From assembly GCF_009914755.1 (NCBI RefSeq), contig NC_060930.1: a stretch of DNA of 64,000 bases; one strand, 5' to 3'. Under the pieces are notes generated by a model, which was not told the origin of the DNA, did not search any database, and worked only from the letters and a program-made list of their open reading frames with translations. The stretch is from the human T2T-CHM13v2.0 reference genome, Homo sapiens. Below are positions 24,400 through 39,648 of the stretch, piece after piece (within the stretch, counting starts at the first letter, position 1; each line of letters starts with the position of its first letter). Made by a program: the position numbers and the translations under genes.

Positions 24400-25420
24400 G
24401 ATAGGGTTTTTTTTTTAGCAGAGAAGGATGAATGCTGCATAATTAAGTACAGTATTTAATTTGGCTGTTGTGAAGCAAAAGAATAAGGTAATAATTTTTA
24501 TTGTACTAATCAGTCTCAAGATGTTCTCTGTGTTAATTGGGTTAAAAAAATTGCAGTACTTATTAGAAATTCTAATTTCACAATGCAGCACTGACAATAA
24601 GCTCAGCCAGTGAATTATTCACATCTTTAATTTGCTCACTTAATGACAGTGTTCTGTAATCAGAGTGCAGAGACTGCTGCCTATGCATTATGTATGATGC
24701 TCAGGACTTAAATGCAGGACATTATGAAGCTCTCAGTGGTTCAGTAATTAGTTTTCCACAAGACAGGATTTAGATATTCAGAGATAAAAGTCCACAGTTG
24801 GATAATATTAAGGTTGCAACACAAAATAACAAAGGAAAGGAAGCTCAAAGTTTGGACTGAAACTTTGTCTCTAGGGCCTTGTCCACCGTGGAAACAGAAT
24901 CATGCCACCTGAAATAGTTGCCTAGCTCTGATCACATGTTTGAAAACTGTTTTTGAACAAAGTTGTAGCAGGCAAGGCATTTGAACAATTTCAGTGGACC
25001 AGAGGGGAAAGATAAAACCTTTTTAATTAGTGTTCACAGAAGCCCTGCAATATATCCTCCTAACAAGTCTGTAGTATGCATAGCAGGCATCCTCAATGTG
25101 CTTTGTAACTTAGTTAGTGCAAATGCAAATCAGGTTACAATAGTGTTTGGCTGTAATTGTGTTTGTAAAAGGGTTACATGCCCAAATGGAGATTGAGCTT
25201 GCTCATGGTTTTGTTCCAATTGCTTCTGAGGGAAGGTTTGAAAATCAAATGAGATATTAAGTAAATCTGGGCATGAAAGGAAGTAGATCCGAATTGTCAC
25301 TGCAACTTTGGAATTTCTTACACTTGTCAGTTTGGAGTTGTCAGTTTTTCTTTAACGATGCTACGGTTGTTCTGTCATAATTATGTAACTTTAATGGATT
25401 ACCCAGCCCATTAGCAATAC
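24400..25420. promoter_or_regulatory. Candidate conserved developmental (neural) enhancer
   Basis: Repeat-free unique sequence dense in TAAT/ATTA, POU (ATGCAAAT 25123-25130; GCATAATTAA 24437-24446), SOX (ACAAT) and MEIS (TGACAG 24644-24649) motifs; lies in the MMS22L-POU3F2 desert. Conservation is inferred, not measured. Confidence 0.6.
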
Positions 25421-26790
25421 TTTAAAAATGTATACTAGGTTTCAGAAAACATGTCACAGTATCATTTCTAAAGTTTAATAAGTAACTTGAAATCTTTAAG
25501 TGATTTTTTTAAAAGAAGAACATGCTGTTATGGTAGACTATATGGGGTATTTTTGAGAGCTTAAATATTAATATTTACTAATAAAATCTCACTGCTTTAT
25601 CATTTATCAGTCTAAGATTTGTGCTCATTTTCAAAATCCAGGAATTAGAATCCTTAGTAAAAATTGGTATCCAACATTGGAATACACAGCAATACTTTGT
25701 AAAAACTGCCTTTTATAGGTTACAGCATTATCTACAAGAAAGTTGAGTTGAGAAGCCTTATAAACAAATGTAATGTTTAGTAAATAATGAAGGGTCAAAT
25801 TTCTAAAAGTTACATCTTACCATACATTTGAAAAATTCAAAATTAAAAAATGTAAGTCACATCTCCAAATTTGACTTCTAATTTCTAAAACTAAAAAGTT
25901 ACTTCAAAAAATAAAAAAACTTTTTCATAAATGTTTAGGAAGCTATTGCCTGTGTGATACTTAGAACATACTTTTTGGAAACGATGCTTGATTGGAGCAG
26001 AATTAGGATACTAGGCAGCTGAGCAGGTGACCTGGCTTTGACTTGGGTTTGGATACAGGTTAGCATCCATGTATGGATAACATGTGGCAGTCTAATCAGA
26101 TGGTGGCAGTGGTGCTGGTGGTAGCTGAACAGAGTTTTAAAAATAAATAAATAAATAAAAAGAAATAGAGAAATGGTTGAGAATTAGGAAACTTGAGTTC
26201 TATTCTCACTTTTGCCACAAAACAGCCATAAAGTTGTTACAGGGATAAATGAGGTAGGAGCAAAAGTTTTTTTGAAGATTATAAAGCACTAGATAAAAAC
26301 AAGGGAGCTATTTAACATAAAGTTAAATGTATTTCTTTGAACCTGTGTTGTTCATTATGGCAGGGATTGCCATCCAGATTTGCAACACTCTATAATGCTA
26401 AAATGTCAAAATATTCTCAAGCAAATCAATTTAAATTTAATTAAATGAAAAATAAGCCATGAGGGGAAAAAAAGTATTCTTCTTAGGTATTTTGGGGAGA
26501 ATAAGAGCATTTTGAAGTCTCATAAATGTCAATTTGGTGTTACCACTCCAAAAAGGTTAGCAATCATCATGCTTTAGAGAGTTCTTCTACCCATAACTTA
26601 AGAGACACTTGCATATTAATATTCTAAGAAGTCTTATGCATGAAATGTCTGCTAATTACTAAGATTTTAGCCATCTTTTTCATTATAGATTGTATGAGTC
26701 AGATTGAAATCATTTATACGACTAGAATTTTGGAGCTCTTTTCCTCACTAAAAGTCAATTTATATATCAATCAATCAATAATTGACTATC

Positions 26791-27111
26791 GGCTGGGTGT
26801 GATGGCTCACACTGTAATCCCAGCACTTTGGGAGGCTGACATGCAAATGGAAAGCAAGCTGGTCAGATGTGTGTTTCACTTGAGGTCAGGAGTTCGAGAC
26901 CAACCTGGCCAAAGTGGTGAAACCCCAACTCTACTAAAAATACGAAAATTAGCCAGACCTGGTGGTGTGGACCTGTAGTCTCAGTCATTCGGGAGGCTGA
27001 GGCAGGAGAATCGCTTGAACCTGGGAAGTGGAGGCTGCAGTGAGCCTATTGTGCCACTGTACTCTAGTCTAGGCAACAGAGCAAGACTCCGTCTCAAAAA
27101 AATTTTTTTAA
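26791..27111 (+). mobile_element. Alu (AluS-like) carrying a ~36-nt non-Alu insert
   Basis: Full dimer, TSD-like aat(t/a)gactatc; insert at 26840-26875. Confidence 0.92.
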
Positions 27112-27255
27112 AATAGACTATCGATTAATGATTTTTTTCAACACCTACTGAGCACTTATAATGCTAAGAAAAATAAGGTGATAACTTCCTCTCATTCTTG
27201 AGAGGCAGTATCCCCATATTCCAGGTGAGAAATTGAAGCCTAAAGAAGTTAAGTA

Positions 27256-27672
<417 letters not shown>

Positions 27673-27784
27673 CTAAGGCTGAAAGAAGGTAGATTGAAAG
27701 AGGTTCTTGTCCTCAAACTACTCACAGTGGTAATACTTGAATTTCTTCTACCTGGCTCAGTTGTTGGTCAAGACTCTTGCTCCT

Positions 27785-27970
27785 CTTGGTGCAGTCCAGA
27801 GACCAGCAGCATTGGCATCATCCAGAACTAGGCTTGGATGCTTCTCAAACATTAATGTGGACTTCGAATCACCTGGGATGTCTTTACAATGCAGACTCTT
27901 ATTCAGTAGGTTTGAGATGGGGCCCAAGATGCTTTTCTGACAAGTTTCCTGGTGATGCAATGTTGCTGTT
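27785..27970. mobile_element. MER5-like hAT-Charlie fragments
   Basis: gcttctcaaac...gaatcacctggg...attcagtaggtttgagatggggcccaaga. Confidence 0.65.
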
Positions 27971-28639
27971 GGGGAAACCTCCATTTGGTGAGTTCTACAA
28001 TTTGTCTTGTTTTTCAGTGTGTCTAAGGTAGGCCCAGTATACCTTACTGGGTTCCTTACTGAGTCGTAGCTTTCCTCCAATTCTGATGTTCTCTTGATTC
28101 AAATAGAAGAGCTTTCACCTTGGCTTCTTGGCTATGGCCCTCTGCTGCCCTGGGTCCCAACCTACATAGCTATGGCCCTGCCTGCCTGCTTATCTCTAGC
28201 TTAGACTTTCGAGTCCACACTCCCAGTTACCAGTGATGTTCTAACATCAGCCTGGTTGAGGATCTTCATTCCCTCCTCTTCATCAAAACCAACTGTGAAG
28301 CCCATTAAAAACCTGTAAGCCTTCTAGGTCTACAACCATAGATTTTAATTCTGGGGCTAGTCTTTGGAATTTTATTTTCATTTACAAAGTTTTATAGTTG
28401 ATTCTGATGGGTGTCACATACTGAGAACAACTTCCCTAGGGGCCCCTGCTATGCTCTGACCTGATGGGAACCTCTTGGAAAGTAATATTGGCATGGCTTG
28501 GGTTCAAGTTTGCAATACACTGAGAACTTTTTCTCTATGCCTCTGTGTTAGCAATGAGAGCACAGCATGGAGAGAACTTAAAACTTTACTGAACTAGTTT
28601 CAGAAGGCTTTGCTGAGTGATTGGCATTTGAATTGGATA

Positions 28640-29015
28640 GCCATTGAATGAAGAGGTCCTTTGTTCAGGCCAAAGGAGTGGTATATGCAATGATAGTTAA
28701 AAGTGAGAAGTGCCTTAAGTAAACATCCATTTGGACAAAAGTGTTTGTTTAACACATGGAAAGGAGAAGTAGGAGATAAAATTATAAAGGTAGGTAAAAG
28801 CCTCACTTTTAGAACTTCATGTGTTACACCAAACAGTATGTGCTTTATTCTACATATTGTGAGGATTATCAGAGATTAAGATGGAAAGCAAGCTGATCAG
28901 ATGTGTGTCTCAGAAAGATAACCTTGGCATTGAGGAAGATGAATTCAGTGAGGCAAGACTGAAGACAAAGAGACCAGTTAGGTACGTGTGGTAATAGAGT
29001 GTGAGAGATGAAGAG
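28640..29015 (-). mobile_element. L2 fragment (source of the templated Alu insert)
   Basis: tgctttattct...tgatcagatgtgtgtctcagaaagataaccttggc...gaggcaagactgaagacaaagagaccagttagg. Confidence 0.65.
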
Positions 29016-29539
29016 GGATCCTTTCCTTGTGCCATATGCCTGGGCCCTGAACCTAAGTTCCTCTGTCTCAGACACTGATGATGCTTTTTTTTTTTTACAG
29101 TTACATTTCATAGCAATAGCCTGCTAAGCCTCTTAGACTTTATAAATGGCATGGCCTTGAGCATTCAGGTAACTCAAAGCTTTTATGAGCCATCAGTGGT
29201 TCTTACTTCTCCTGATTATTTTATTTTATAGTGCTGAGACAGCTAGCTCTAGGGTTCTTCCCTCAGGAGATACTTAGAGTTTTTAAGGTAATTATTTGGT
29301 AGAAAATCTTCTACTAATGGCCTAAGATAAATTTGAAACCAGTTAATGAGCAGCTATATGAATCCAATGGTTGGGAGAGTTGTGTCTAGGCCTGTTGAAT
29401 GCACTGCTTTGCTCTACCTTTGGAGAAAGACTTTGCGTTATCCTTGACCTAGCTTGATTTTTTTAGGTACTGCCTCTGGATTTGTTCCTTTTAGAGCGAC
29501 AGCTCCAGTCAGTTGCCTTTTAAAAGTAAGCGTAGATGT

Positions 29540-29852
29540 GGCTGGGCGCGGCAGCTCACGCCTGTAATCCCAGCACTTTGGGAGGTGTTGGTGGGTGGAT
29601 CACCTGAGGTCAGGGGTTTGAGACCAGCCTGGCCAACATGGAGAAACCCCGTCTCTACTAAAAATACAAAAATTAGCCAGGCATGGTGGCGGGTGCCTGT
29701 AATCCCAGCTACTCGGGAGGCTGAGGCAGGAGAATTGCTTGAACCTGGGAGGGGAGGTTGCAGTGACTGAGATTGCACCATTGCACTCCAGCCTGGGCGA
29801 CAGGGTAAGACTCTGTCTCAAAAAAAAAAAAAAAAAGAAAAGAAAAAATAAG
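29540..29852 (+). mobile_element. Alu (AluS-like)
   Basis: Full dimer; TSD AAAAGTAAGC(G/A)TAGATGT. Confidence 0.95.
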
Positions 29853-30079
29853 AAAAGTAAGCATAGATGTATTGCTTCACCAGCCTTCATTTACTCACCT
29901 CTACGTGGAAAGCTCACTAAATTCTAACAACTACATATATTGTATCATAGAATATATTTTGGGGACAATAATACTCTCAGATATGCCTAGGCATTTCAAC
30001 AAGTTTTTGACCCAGCCTAGTTTGTTCTTATTTCCATTTCTGTTCTGTACTTCCTTGTTATTAGCTCAACTCTGTCTTC

Positions 30080-31075
30080 CTTTGTGGGGTAAACTGAGTG
30101 TCCCCCTCCCATGAAGATTTCCACTTCATAACTCTCAGAGCCTGTGAATATGTTACTTATACAGTAATCCTCTCTTATCTGAAGTTTTACTTTCCACACT
30201 TTCAGTTATCCATGGTAAATCACAGTCTGAAAATATTAAATGAAAAACTCCAGAAATAAATAATTTGTAAGTTTAAATGCTGTTCTGATTAGTGTGATGA
30301 AATCTGTCACCATACCACACTGTCCTACTCTGTTCCACCTGGGTGTGAATCATCCATTTGTCCAGTGAACCCATGTTGTAGACACTACAGGCCCATTAGT
30401 CACTTAGTAGCTGTCTCCATTATCAGATCTACTGTCGAGGTATTGCAGTGCTTGTGGTAAAGTAACCCTTATTTTACTTAATGATGTCCCCAACATGCAA
30501 TAGTACTGATGCTAGCATGTTGTTAAAATTATTCTGTTTTATCATTAGTTATTGTTGTTAATCTCTTACTCTGCCTGATGTATAAATGACATTTTATTAT
30601 AGGTATGTATGTATAGGAAAAAACAGAGTATATATAGGGTTCATTATTATCCTTGGTTTCAGACATTCACTGGGGGTCTTATCTCCCTTGAGAATAAGAG
30701 GGGGAATACTCTATGGCAAAAGGGACTTAAGAGATATAATTAAGAATTTTGAAATGGGAAATTATTCTGGATTTTCTGGGTGGGACTTATGTAATCACAA
30801 CAGTCTTTTTAAAAGGTAGGCAGGAAAGAGTCAGAGAAAGGAGGTGCTACTGTGCTGGATTTGAAGACAGAGGGAGGGACTATGAGCTAAGGAAAGCAGG
30901 CATCCTTTAGAAACTGCAGAAGAATGGAAACAAATTTTACCATGCAGCCTCCAGAAGGAACCAAACCTGCCAGTATTTGACTTCTTATATCCAGAACTGT
31001 AAGACAGTAGATTTGTATTATTTTAAGCCACAAAGTTTGTGGCAATTTGTTACCCCAGTAATAGAGTATTAATAT
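30080..31075 (+). mobile_element. MLT1C/D-like LTR split by MER44
   Basis: cctgtgaatatgttactta|ta|tggcaaaagggac...ccagaactgtaagac...ttttaagccacaaagtttgtggcaatttgtta. Confidence 0.8.
30162..30711 (+). mobile_element. MER44 (TcMar-Tigger) non-autonomous element
   Basis: Terminal inverted repeats CAGTAATCCTCTCTTATC...ATAAGAGGGGGAATACT with TA duplication; internal gaaaatattaaatgaaaaactccagaaataaa and cccattagtcacttagtagc. Confidence 0.8.
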
Positions 31076-32135
31076 AGCATATGGTGTACCTTTAACTGAT
31101 TTGTTTCTTTGCTGTTTGTCCTACTGATAACATTTTTATTGGTTCATCGTTGTTCTTTCTTGACTACTTCTCTTTTATTGAGTCAGCACCCTTACTTTTT
31201 CTGAGCATCCATTTCCTCACTTAATGACAATAGTGTTTTCTAGGAGATGAATGACTGCTGGCGTCTGAGGTGAATGAGGTAAGGCCAGCAAAGCACGCCA
31301 CAGTGTCTGCTGTACAGCAGGTGTGTAATGAATGCAGCTCCTGTCACTTCGTGGGCTTTTGCCAACCTGATCATTGGGGTTTTACTCACAATCTTGGAGA
31401 CATTTAGAAGCTGTTTTGCATATTGGCAACTTACAGGATAGAAAAGTTTCATTTAGAATTTAGATTAGTAAGTGCTTAGTGCTAATAGCATTTCTAGATT
31501 AATTTCATTTTCTTCAATCCATTTCAAATCTCATTTAAAATATATTTTAATTTTGAATTCTTGACTTTTGTGGTAAAATACATCTCATTTGTGGCCATGT
31601 CTACACTTTAAATACTGAACTAGCTAAAGCTAAGCAGAGCAGAATTCCTCCCCCCTACCCCCCCAACACACTACAGTCCACAGTACAATTAGTGTCCTAC
31701 ATAGATAGAAGCCTTAAGGGTTAAGTGAGAATGCAGGTGAAAGTACTTTGTGAAGTCTTTTGCTGTACAATGTAATTTGTTGGTACATTGTTGCATTTTT
31801 AAGGTTATGAGCTCCTTGAGAATAACACTGTGTATTATTTCCTTGAATCCCCAAGGCCTTACAAGATTTATTAAATAAATTACTAAATAAGTTAGAAAAT
31901 TAGAGTGGGGAAAGGAAATGAAGAAGTGTTAGAAATAAAGAACTGGATTTGGTAGTTCTTTGAGTAGGATCACTCACTAGTTGTCTTGGAAATGGCTCCT
32001 GATCCCTGTATTTGCGCTCTCACCCCCTAACCTATACACTGCTGGTGTGTAAATGCTAAACCCTCCCTCACATAACTTGTCTCAGTAACTCAGACTGCCC
32101 AACTAGGGTGGGCATGTAAAGCAACCCACTCCCTA

Positions 32136-32740
32136 AATGAGTTTCCTATTGTTGCCATACGCAATAACCATAAATGTGGTGGATTAAAATGACACACATT
32201 TGTTATCTTACAGTTCTATAGTAAGAAGTCTGGTCCAGAGTCTTAGCTCTCACCAGGCTAAAACCAAGGTGTCAGTAGGCTGTGTTTCTGTCTAGAAGTT
32301 CTAGGGGAGAACCTGCCTTGCTCATTTGAGTTGCTGGCAGAATTCAGTTCCTGGTGGTGGTGGGGCTGAGACCCCACTTTCTTGCTTACTGTTTGAGGGA
32401 TATTTCCAGCTTCTTAAGGTCATCCACATTCCTTGGCTCATAGACCTGTTCCTCCATCTTCAAACCCCACAATGGCAAGTCCAGTTGCTCCCTCACTTCA
32501 GATTTCTCCTCCTCCTTCTTCCATATGATCTTTCTGGCCCATTCTTTTGCCTCTCTCTTTCAATTTCAAAAACTTATGATTACTTTGGATCCACATGGAT
32601 AATCCAGAATAATCTCCCCAGCTAAAGATCCTTAACCTAATCATACCTGCAAAGTCCCTTTTGCCTTTAAGGTAAAATATTCATAGTTTCCACGGATGAG
32701 GAGGTAGAACTCTTTAGGGTGTCATTATTCTGTTTATCAT
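32136..32740 (-). mobile_element. MLT1E-like LTR
   Basis: tttcctattgttgcc...ttatcttacagttct...ggataatccagaataatctccc...ctgcaaagtccc. Confidence 0.75.
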
Positions 32741-32811
32741 AGACCCTAATTTATAACATTTACCTATATTTTAATTATTCCACATTTAGTTTTCTGATTT
32801 GTGTAGTAGCA

Positions 32812-33113
<302 letters not shown>

Positions 33114-33682
33114 TGATTTGTGTAATAGTATTTTTAGTTTCTCTCTAAACCTCAGTTATCCATTCTCGGAATTCTATCGGGCATCTGGTTCAACTCTGTT
33201 GTCAGCTTCGTTTTTCTGCAATATAAAGTCATTTTTACCCCAGTTTGTTTCAATCCAGTTAGATTCAATTCAATTCAACAACACTTTATTGTCTGCTGAA
33301 AACATTCCTAGTATGATAAGGTAAGGTAAGGTATAGAGTTTGTAATCTGCTTGTAGAGATAAGACATATTCACAGGAGATAGAGAAAAATGCAAGACAGA
33401 ATACAGTCACCTGCCATGTGTATATTACAGACAAGGGAGCTGGAAGGGGAAGATGAACATGCATTGGTGGGATTAAGTAAACAAAGTTGTGATTATGCCT
33501 GGCTGAAGTCACTTATATGCTGTGATTTAAGGGACAATGGGAAGGGCTTTCTGCTTGAAACTATCTCCCTACATAGCCTGAAATTTGTTGCATCACTTTG
33601 TCACTATTAGATCACATCCATTTAGTTTAACAAACATTCTGTTTTATCAAGGCATCCTGCAGAACTCTTGCTCTCTGTTTAA

Positions 33683-34019
<337 letters not shown>

Positions 34020-34093
34020 AAATATATTCATAATTTTTAATCGAACCACTGTATACTAATCCCTGTACTTTAGTTTGAGTCAACTTTCTGTAG

Positions 34094-34395
<302 letters not shown>

Positions 34396-37212
34396 ACTTT
34401 CTGTAGGTCTTTAAAGAATATTCCCCTTCCAAATTTGTTGTCCTAATAACTTGATAGGGTTTCTAGCAGCAGACATTTCGAGACCTCAGTAATACATAAG
34501 TAAGTCAGGACCAAATGAGAAAAAGCCTTGGAAAACTGATCTAGGCCAGGACACCTTTTATTCTCTGATGATGCCCCTAAGAGAAATTAACATGGCAGTA
34601 GTGCTGACTCCCACGGAGTGTGGCCGGGAGTCCATATTCCAGTGTTCAAGGGCAAGTAGTTCAAGTCTGAAGCAAACTACTATTAACATCATAGAAGTTC
34701 TTAAAATGTGAAGTAGTGACCTAGCTATAGAAGTATTTGGACAAGAGCAGATAATTATAGTCAGGTAGAGGTAGCTTGTTTTCAAAATAGTAAATCCAGT
34801 ACCTTAGCTAGTGTCTGAGGATACAGATCTAAGTTCCAGCTCCATTAGGGAGAGGTGGCTGACAAGAGGTAGGTAAATTCGGATTCCAAGCAAATGGCCT
34901 AGAGTTCAGAAAGGAGGCTTGAACATAAAGTGGGCACCATGGCTGAAGCCCAGAATAGAGTGGGACAAAGGGTCAAGCTTGGAGCTTGGAGCACTAGTGT
35001 CATGGGAGACATGGGCTTTGGATGACAGGACAAATTTCAGACCACTGGGATCATGACTCTAATATCCAATGAGGCCTCATTCTCTTTGGCTCTGGCAGAA
35101 CATGACTCACTGACTATTGTTCTGTAACCTGTAATGGCACAGCCCATTGTAGGCTCCACTTGTCAGCCTTAGAGGAATAGGAAGAGCACAGTCAGTTACC
35201 ATTAGGGGTTTTATGGTAAAAATACCATCACAGGCATTTGTCCCACCTATGTTGTAGTTTGTCTAATGCCATATGACTCCAATCATGATTGAATTAACAA
35301 GTTATTCCTATTAAAGTGTTATTCTAAATCTAGACCTTGGTCATTAAATTATTTGTTCATTTTATTCATTTTCTAAGCCAAAAATTTAGGTTGTATTTTA
35401 GCTGAATAGAAGAAATAAATTCTAATAATTCAAGTTCTCTGAAGATGAAATGAGAGGCCATAGGCTCCCTGAAACTGGAAGGATCAAAACATACATTGGA
35501 TGACCATTTGGCAGATGAGATGCTGAGGGATTAAGCAGGTGACATTTAAGGTCCCTCCTAATCTTAAAACCCCATCTAAGCCAGGATAATACAAACATGC
35601 CTAGAGTTCACAGACATTAGTTTTATTTGCTGAACACCTGGCTTCTTTCAAATTTTAGAAAAACACTTATTAATTAGAAAAGAGATATTAAAATGGAATA
35701 ATTTTCATTAAGCATACTTGGCCATTTTTAATTACTTTCTTCAACTTAAAATCCCCTTAATACACTGATTACTTATTAGATAAACCAATAATCTTCTATG
35801 ATTTGCAGTAAAATGGAAATTTATGCATAAATATTTAAATGTTACAGATAGTCATATACAGTGAGGATCCTCCTTTTTTTAAGCATAAAATTCATACTGG
35901 TATATTTTATTACAAAGTTGTTTGTTTTAATCCTGAAATAAAACCAAAGTTTGTCTCCTAGTTGCACTGAATTTCAATGGCCTTTTAAGTTGCAATTAAG
36001 CTCAGAGTTCTTTTAGAAGAAGAGCCTATCTGTACTTAAGATGTAAGTTGCCCTAGGTAAGGCTTTCAATCCCTGCTGTGCCTGGCAGTCTGTGAAGAAA
36101 AAGTCTAAAAGAATGGTGTGTGATTTTGGAATTGATGTCTATATCTAGGAATAGGGTCCACTGAGAAAGGCCTTTTCTAAACTTTTGCTTTGGTGCTTCC
36201 AGTTCAAGTCTGGAATTAACAAATTTTTGTGCTTCAGAGATCATTAGTGATGGCTCTTGCCTCACTGAGTCACAGTGAGTTTGAGTGGCTTATCTATTCA
36301 TCTGTTGTACCTAAGAGTTCTCTAAGCTCTGTTACTTCCAATTTGACAGTGACACATAATCTCAATTATGGGATTCAGTGACACGGACAAGATCACACTT
36401 TCAGTAGATCGGAGTCATGTTACCTCCTCTTGTGATGCTGGGCTACAGCCTTCACAGTACTTCTTTCCATTTTTATTTCTCTAATGACTACAAGGTGACT
36501 AAATTGAACCTTATTTGTCTGATGGTAGGTAAAATAAGGTTACAATCTAGACCATTAAATGTAATTCTCATTTATTGAAAAATAATGTTTGTAAGATTTG
36601 TAATTACTTAAAGATACTTTTTTCCTAAGGTATTTACTAAACCTTATCGTGTGTAGTATACATTTTATAAATAATATAGATGTCAATCATATGTATTAAG
36701 ATATCAGATATTTACAGGTTTCAGGATACTTAGCATTTTATAAATAAATTACTGCTTATACAGTAATAGTTCACTTGTTGCCTTGTGATTGTTAGTCTTA
36801 ATGAATATTGTTATATGTAGTTGGAACAATCAGGAGCAGAAACTTGATCATGATTCAGGCTGAAAGTTATTCTCAGAATTTTAATTTCATAATGTCGTAC
36901 ATTATAAATAACTGACTTGATATCTCTTGATCTCTATGTGCCGATTTTAAAAAAGTATTCTTAATTACCTGCCTAAAGCTAGAGGTAGGCAGGAATTTTG
37001 ATTGCAGCATTCTTATATCTTGTTTCTAAGAAGTTGCTTGTCCAAAGAAATAGCACCTTCCTTGCACCTTCCTTTTTCCCTCCCCCTCTCTCTTTCTTTC
37101 TTTTTCCCCTCTGAGCTCAGATGTGATACTCCCACAATTTCTCTGTTGTCATCACAAGAACTCTCTAGCATAGGGAAGATGTATCCAAGCCACTTTCCCT
37201 TGACCTTCATGA

Positions 37213-37573
<361 letters not shown>

Positions 37574-37589
37574 GCCATCCTTTTTATTC

Positions 37590-38105
37590 TTACGACATTC
37601 CTGAGACCTAAGCATTGCATTAGGATTGTTGTTCTGTAAATGAGGGAACTGAGGTTTTGAGAGGTTTATTGTGTCCAAAACTCATTCAAGATATCCTTTC
37701 TACCACACCCAGCTTCTTAATTATATTTATTTGTTGGTGGGGGGGAGACAAAGAGAATAAAAATAAGATAAAAAATGGCATTTCACATCTGTAGACCACT
37801 TTAGAAATTTTTCTTTGTCTCCTAGCCCATTATGTTTTATATGTATATTACAGTGATCTCTAGAGAACTAATGTGTTAATGATAATAGTAATATTTGTTA
37901 AAAACTTGCTATATGGCAGGCACTGTGCTAAGTGTTTCACATACATTATTTCATTTCATCCTCACAGCAATCCTATGAAGTAGAAATTATCCTCATTTTT
38001 AAGATGAAAAAATGAAACTTGGAGAGACTAAATAGTTTGCCCAAGGTTACTGCTGTTTAAACCAGAGCAATCTGCAAATTTCTATCCCCTAACCACTCCT
38101 CTCTG
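37590..38105 (-). mobile_element. Two MIR fragments (about 37590-37720 and 37880-38105)
   Basis: ggcaggcactgtgctaagtgtttcacatacattatttcatttcatcctcacagcaatcctatga...gatgaaaaaatgaaac. Confidence 0.7.
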
Positions 38106-38462
38106 CTGCTTGCACTGTACCTAAGGCTCTTCTTGTTTTGCTACAACATTTCTTCTCTTTAGGAAGGGTTGCAGGGGAATGACTTCTGCACTACCACTAT
38201 GCTATTAGGAGCCACTGCTACTGACCAATGCCCTCAAATTTTAATGTGCATGGAAATTATCTGTTGTTTTCTAAGGCAAATTGTCCTAGACATTTCTGAA
38301 ATTTTCATATTACAGTAAGTATAAAATTTAAATGAATTAGAGTTGCTTAGTGGATAAAACGCTACAACTTGATATTGTCAATAAATATCTAAAGTAAATA
38401 ATCATTTCTCAACTTATTTTTTATATAAAATCAGATTTTGTAAAGTCAATTGCTTTAAAAAT

Positions 38463-38514
38463 TTTCTTTCTTTTTTTTTTTTTTTTCGGGATGGAGTCTT
38501 GCACTGTCTCCCTG
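38463..38514 (-). mobile_element. Alu 3' stub
   Basis: Poly-T followed by gatggagtcttgcactgtc only. Confidence 0.7.
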
Positions 38515-38799
38515 GTGCTGCATGGTGCCTTATCTTTGTAATTCATACAATTGTGGGATATAATCAGAAAAGATCTTTGTTTTTATTTCTCTGCCCCTTT
38601 AAATTTCTTTAGTGGCCTTAGCTTGTCTGCTACTGAATGGAAACATGGGCAATTCTATCACTTTACCACTCTCTCCTAGGATCCTACAGTGTCTGTATCT
38701 AACATACACAGTCTCAATTTAGTAATGAGAAGTGTCCACTCCCATGTATTGGCAAACACTTCCATCTTCATTCAAAATACAATTACTTACTTACCCTAG

Positions 38800-39443
<644 letters not shown>

Positions 39444-39470
39444 TGGGCCTTCCTTTCTATTTCCCTATTT

Positions 39471-39648
39471 CAGTGGTTCTTAAAAAGCATGATCCTGTGG
39501 ACCAGTAGCATGAACAGGGAAATTGTTAGGAATTGATATTCTTGGTTCCCACCCAGACTTACTGAATCAGAAAATCGGGATGAGGCCAGCAATGCATTTT
39601 AACAAGTGCTCCAGGTAACTGATAAACATTAAAGTTTGAAAAACACTG
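39471..39648. mobile_element. MER5A (hAT-Charlie)
   Basis: TIRs CAGTGGTTCTTAAA...TTTGAAAAACACTG; cccagacttactgaatcagaa. Confidence 0.85.

Noticed and set aside
34560-35100. Purine-rich unique-looking stretch with a small GACTCCC...GGGAGTC hairpin
   Set aside because: Possibly a very old LTR fragment; I could not assign a family or function, and a 7-bp stem is not significant.
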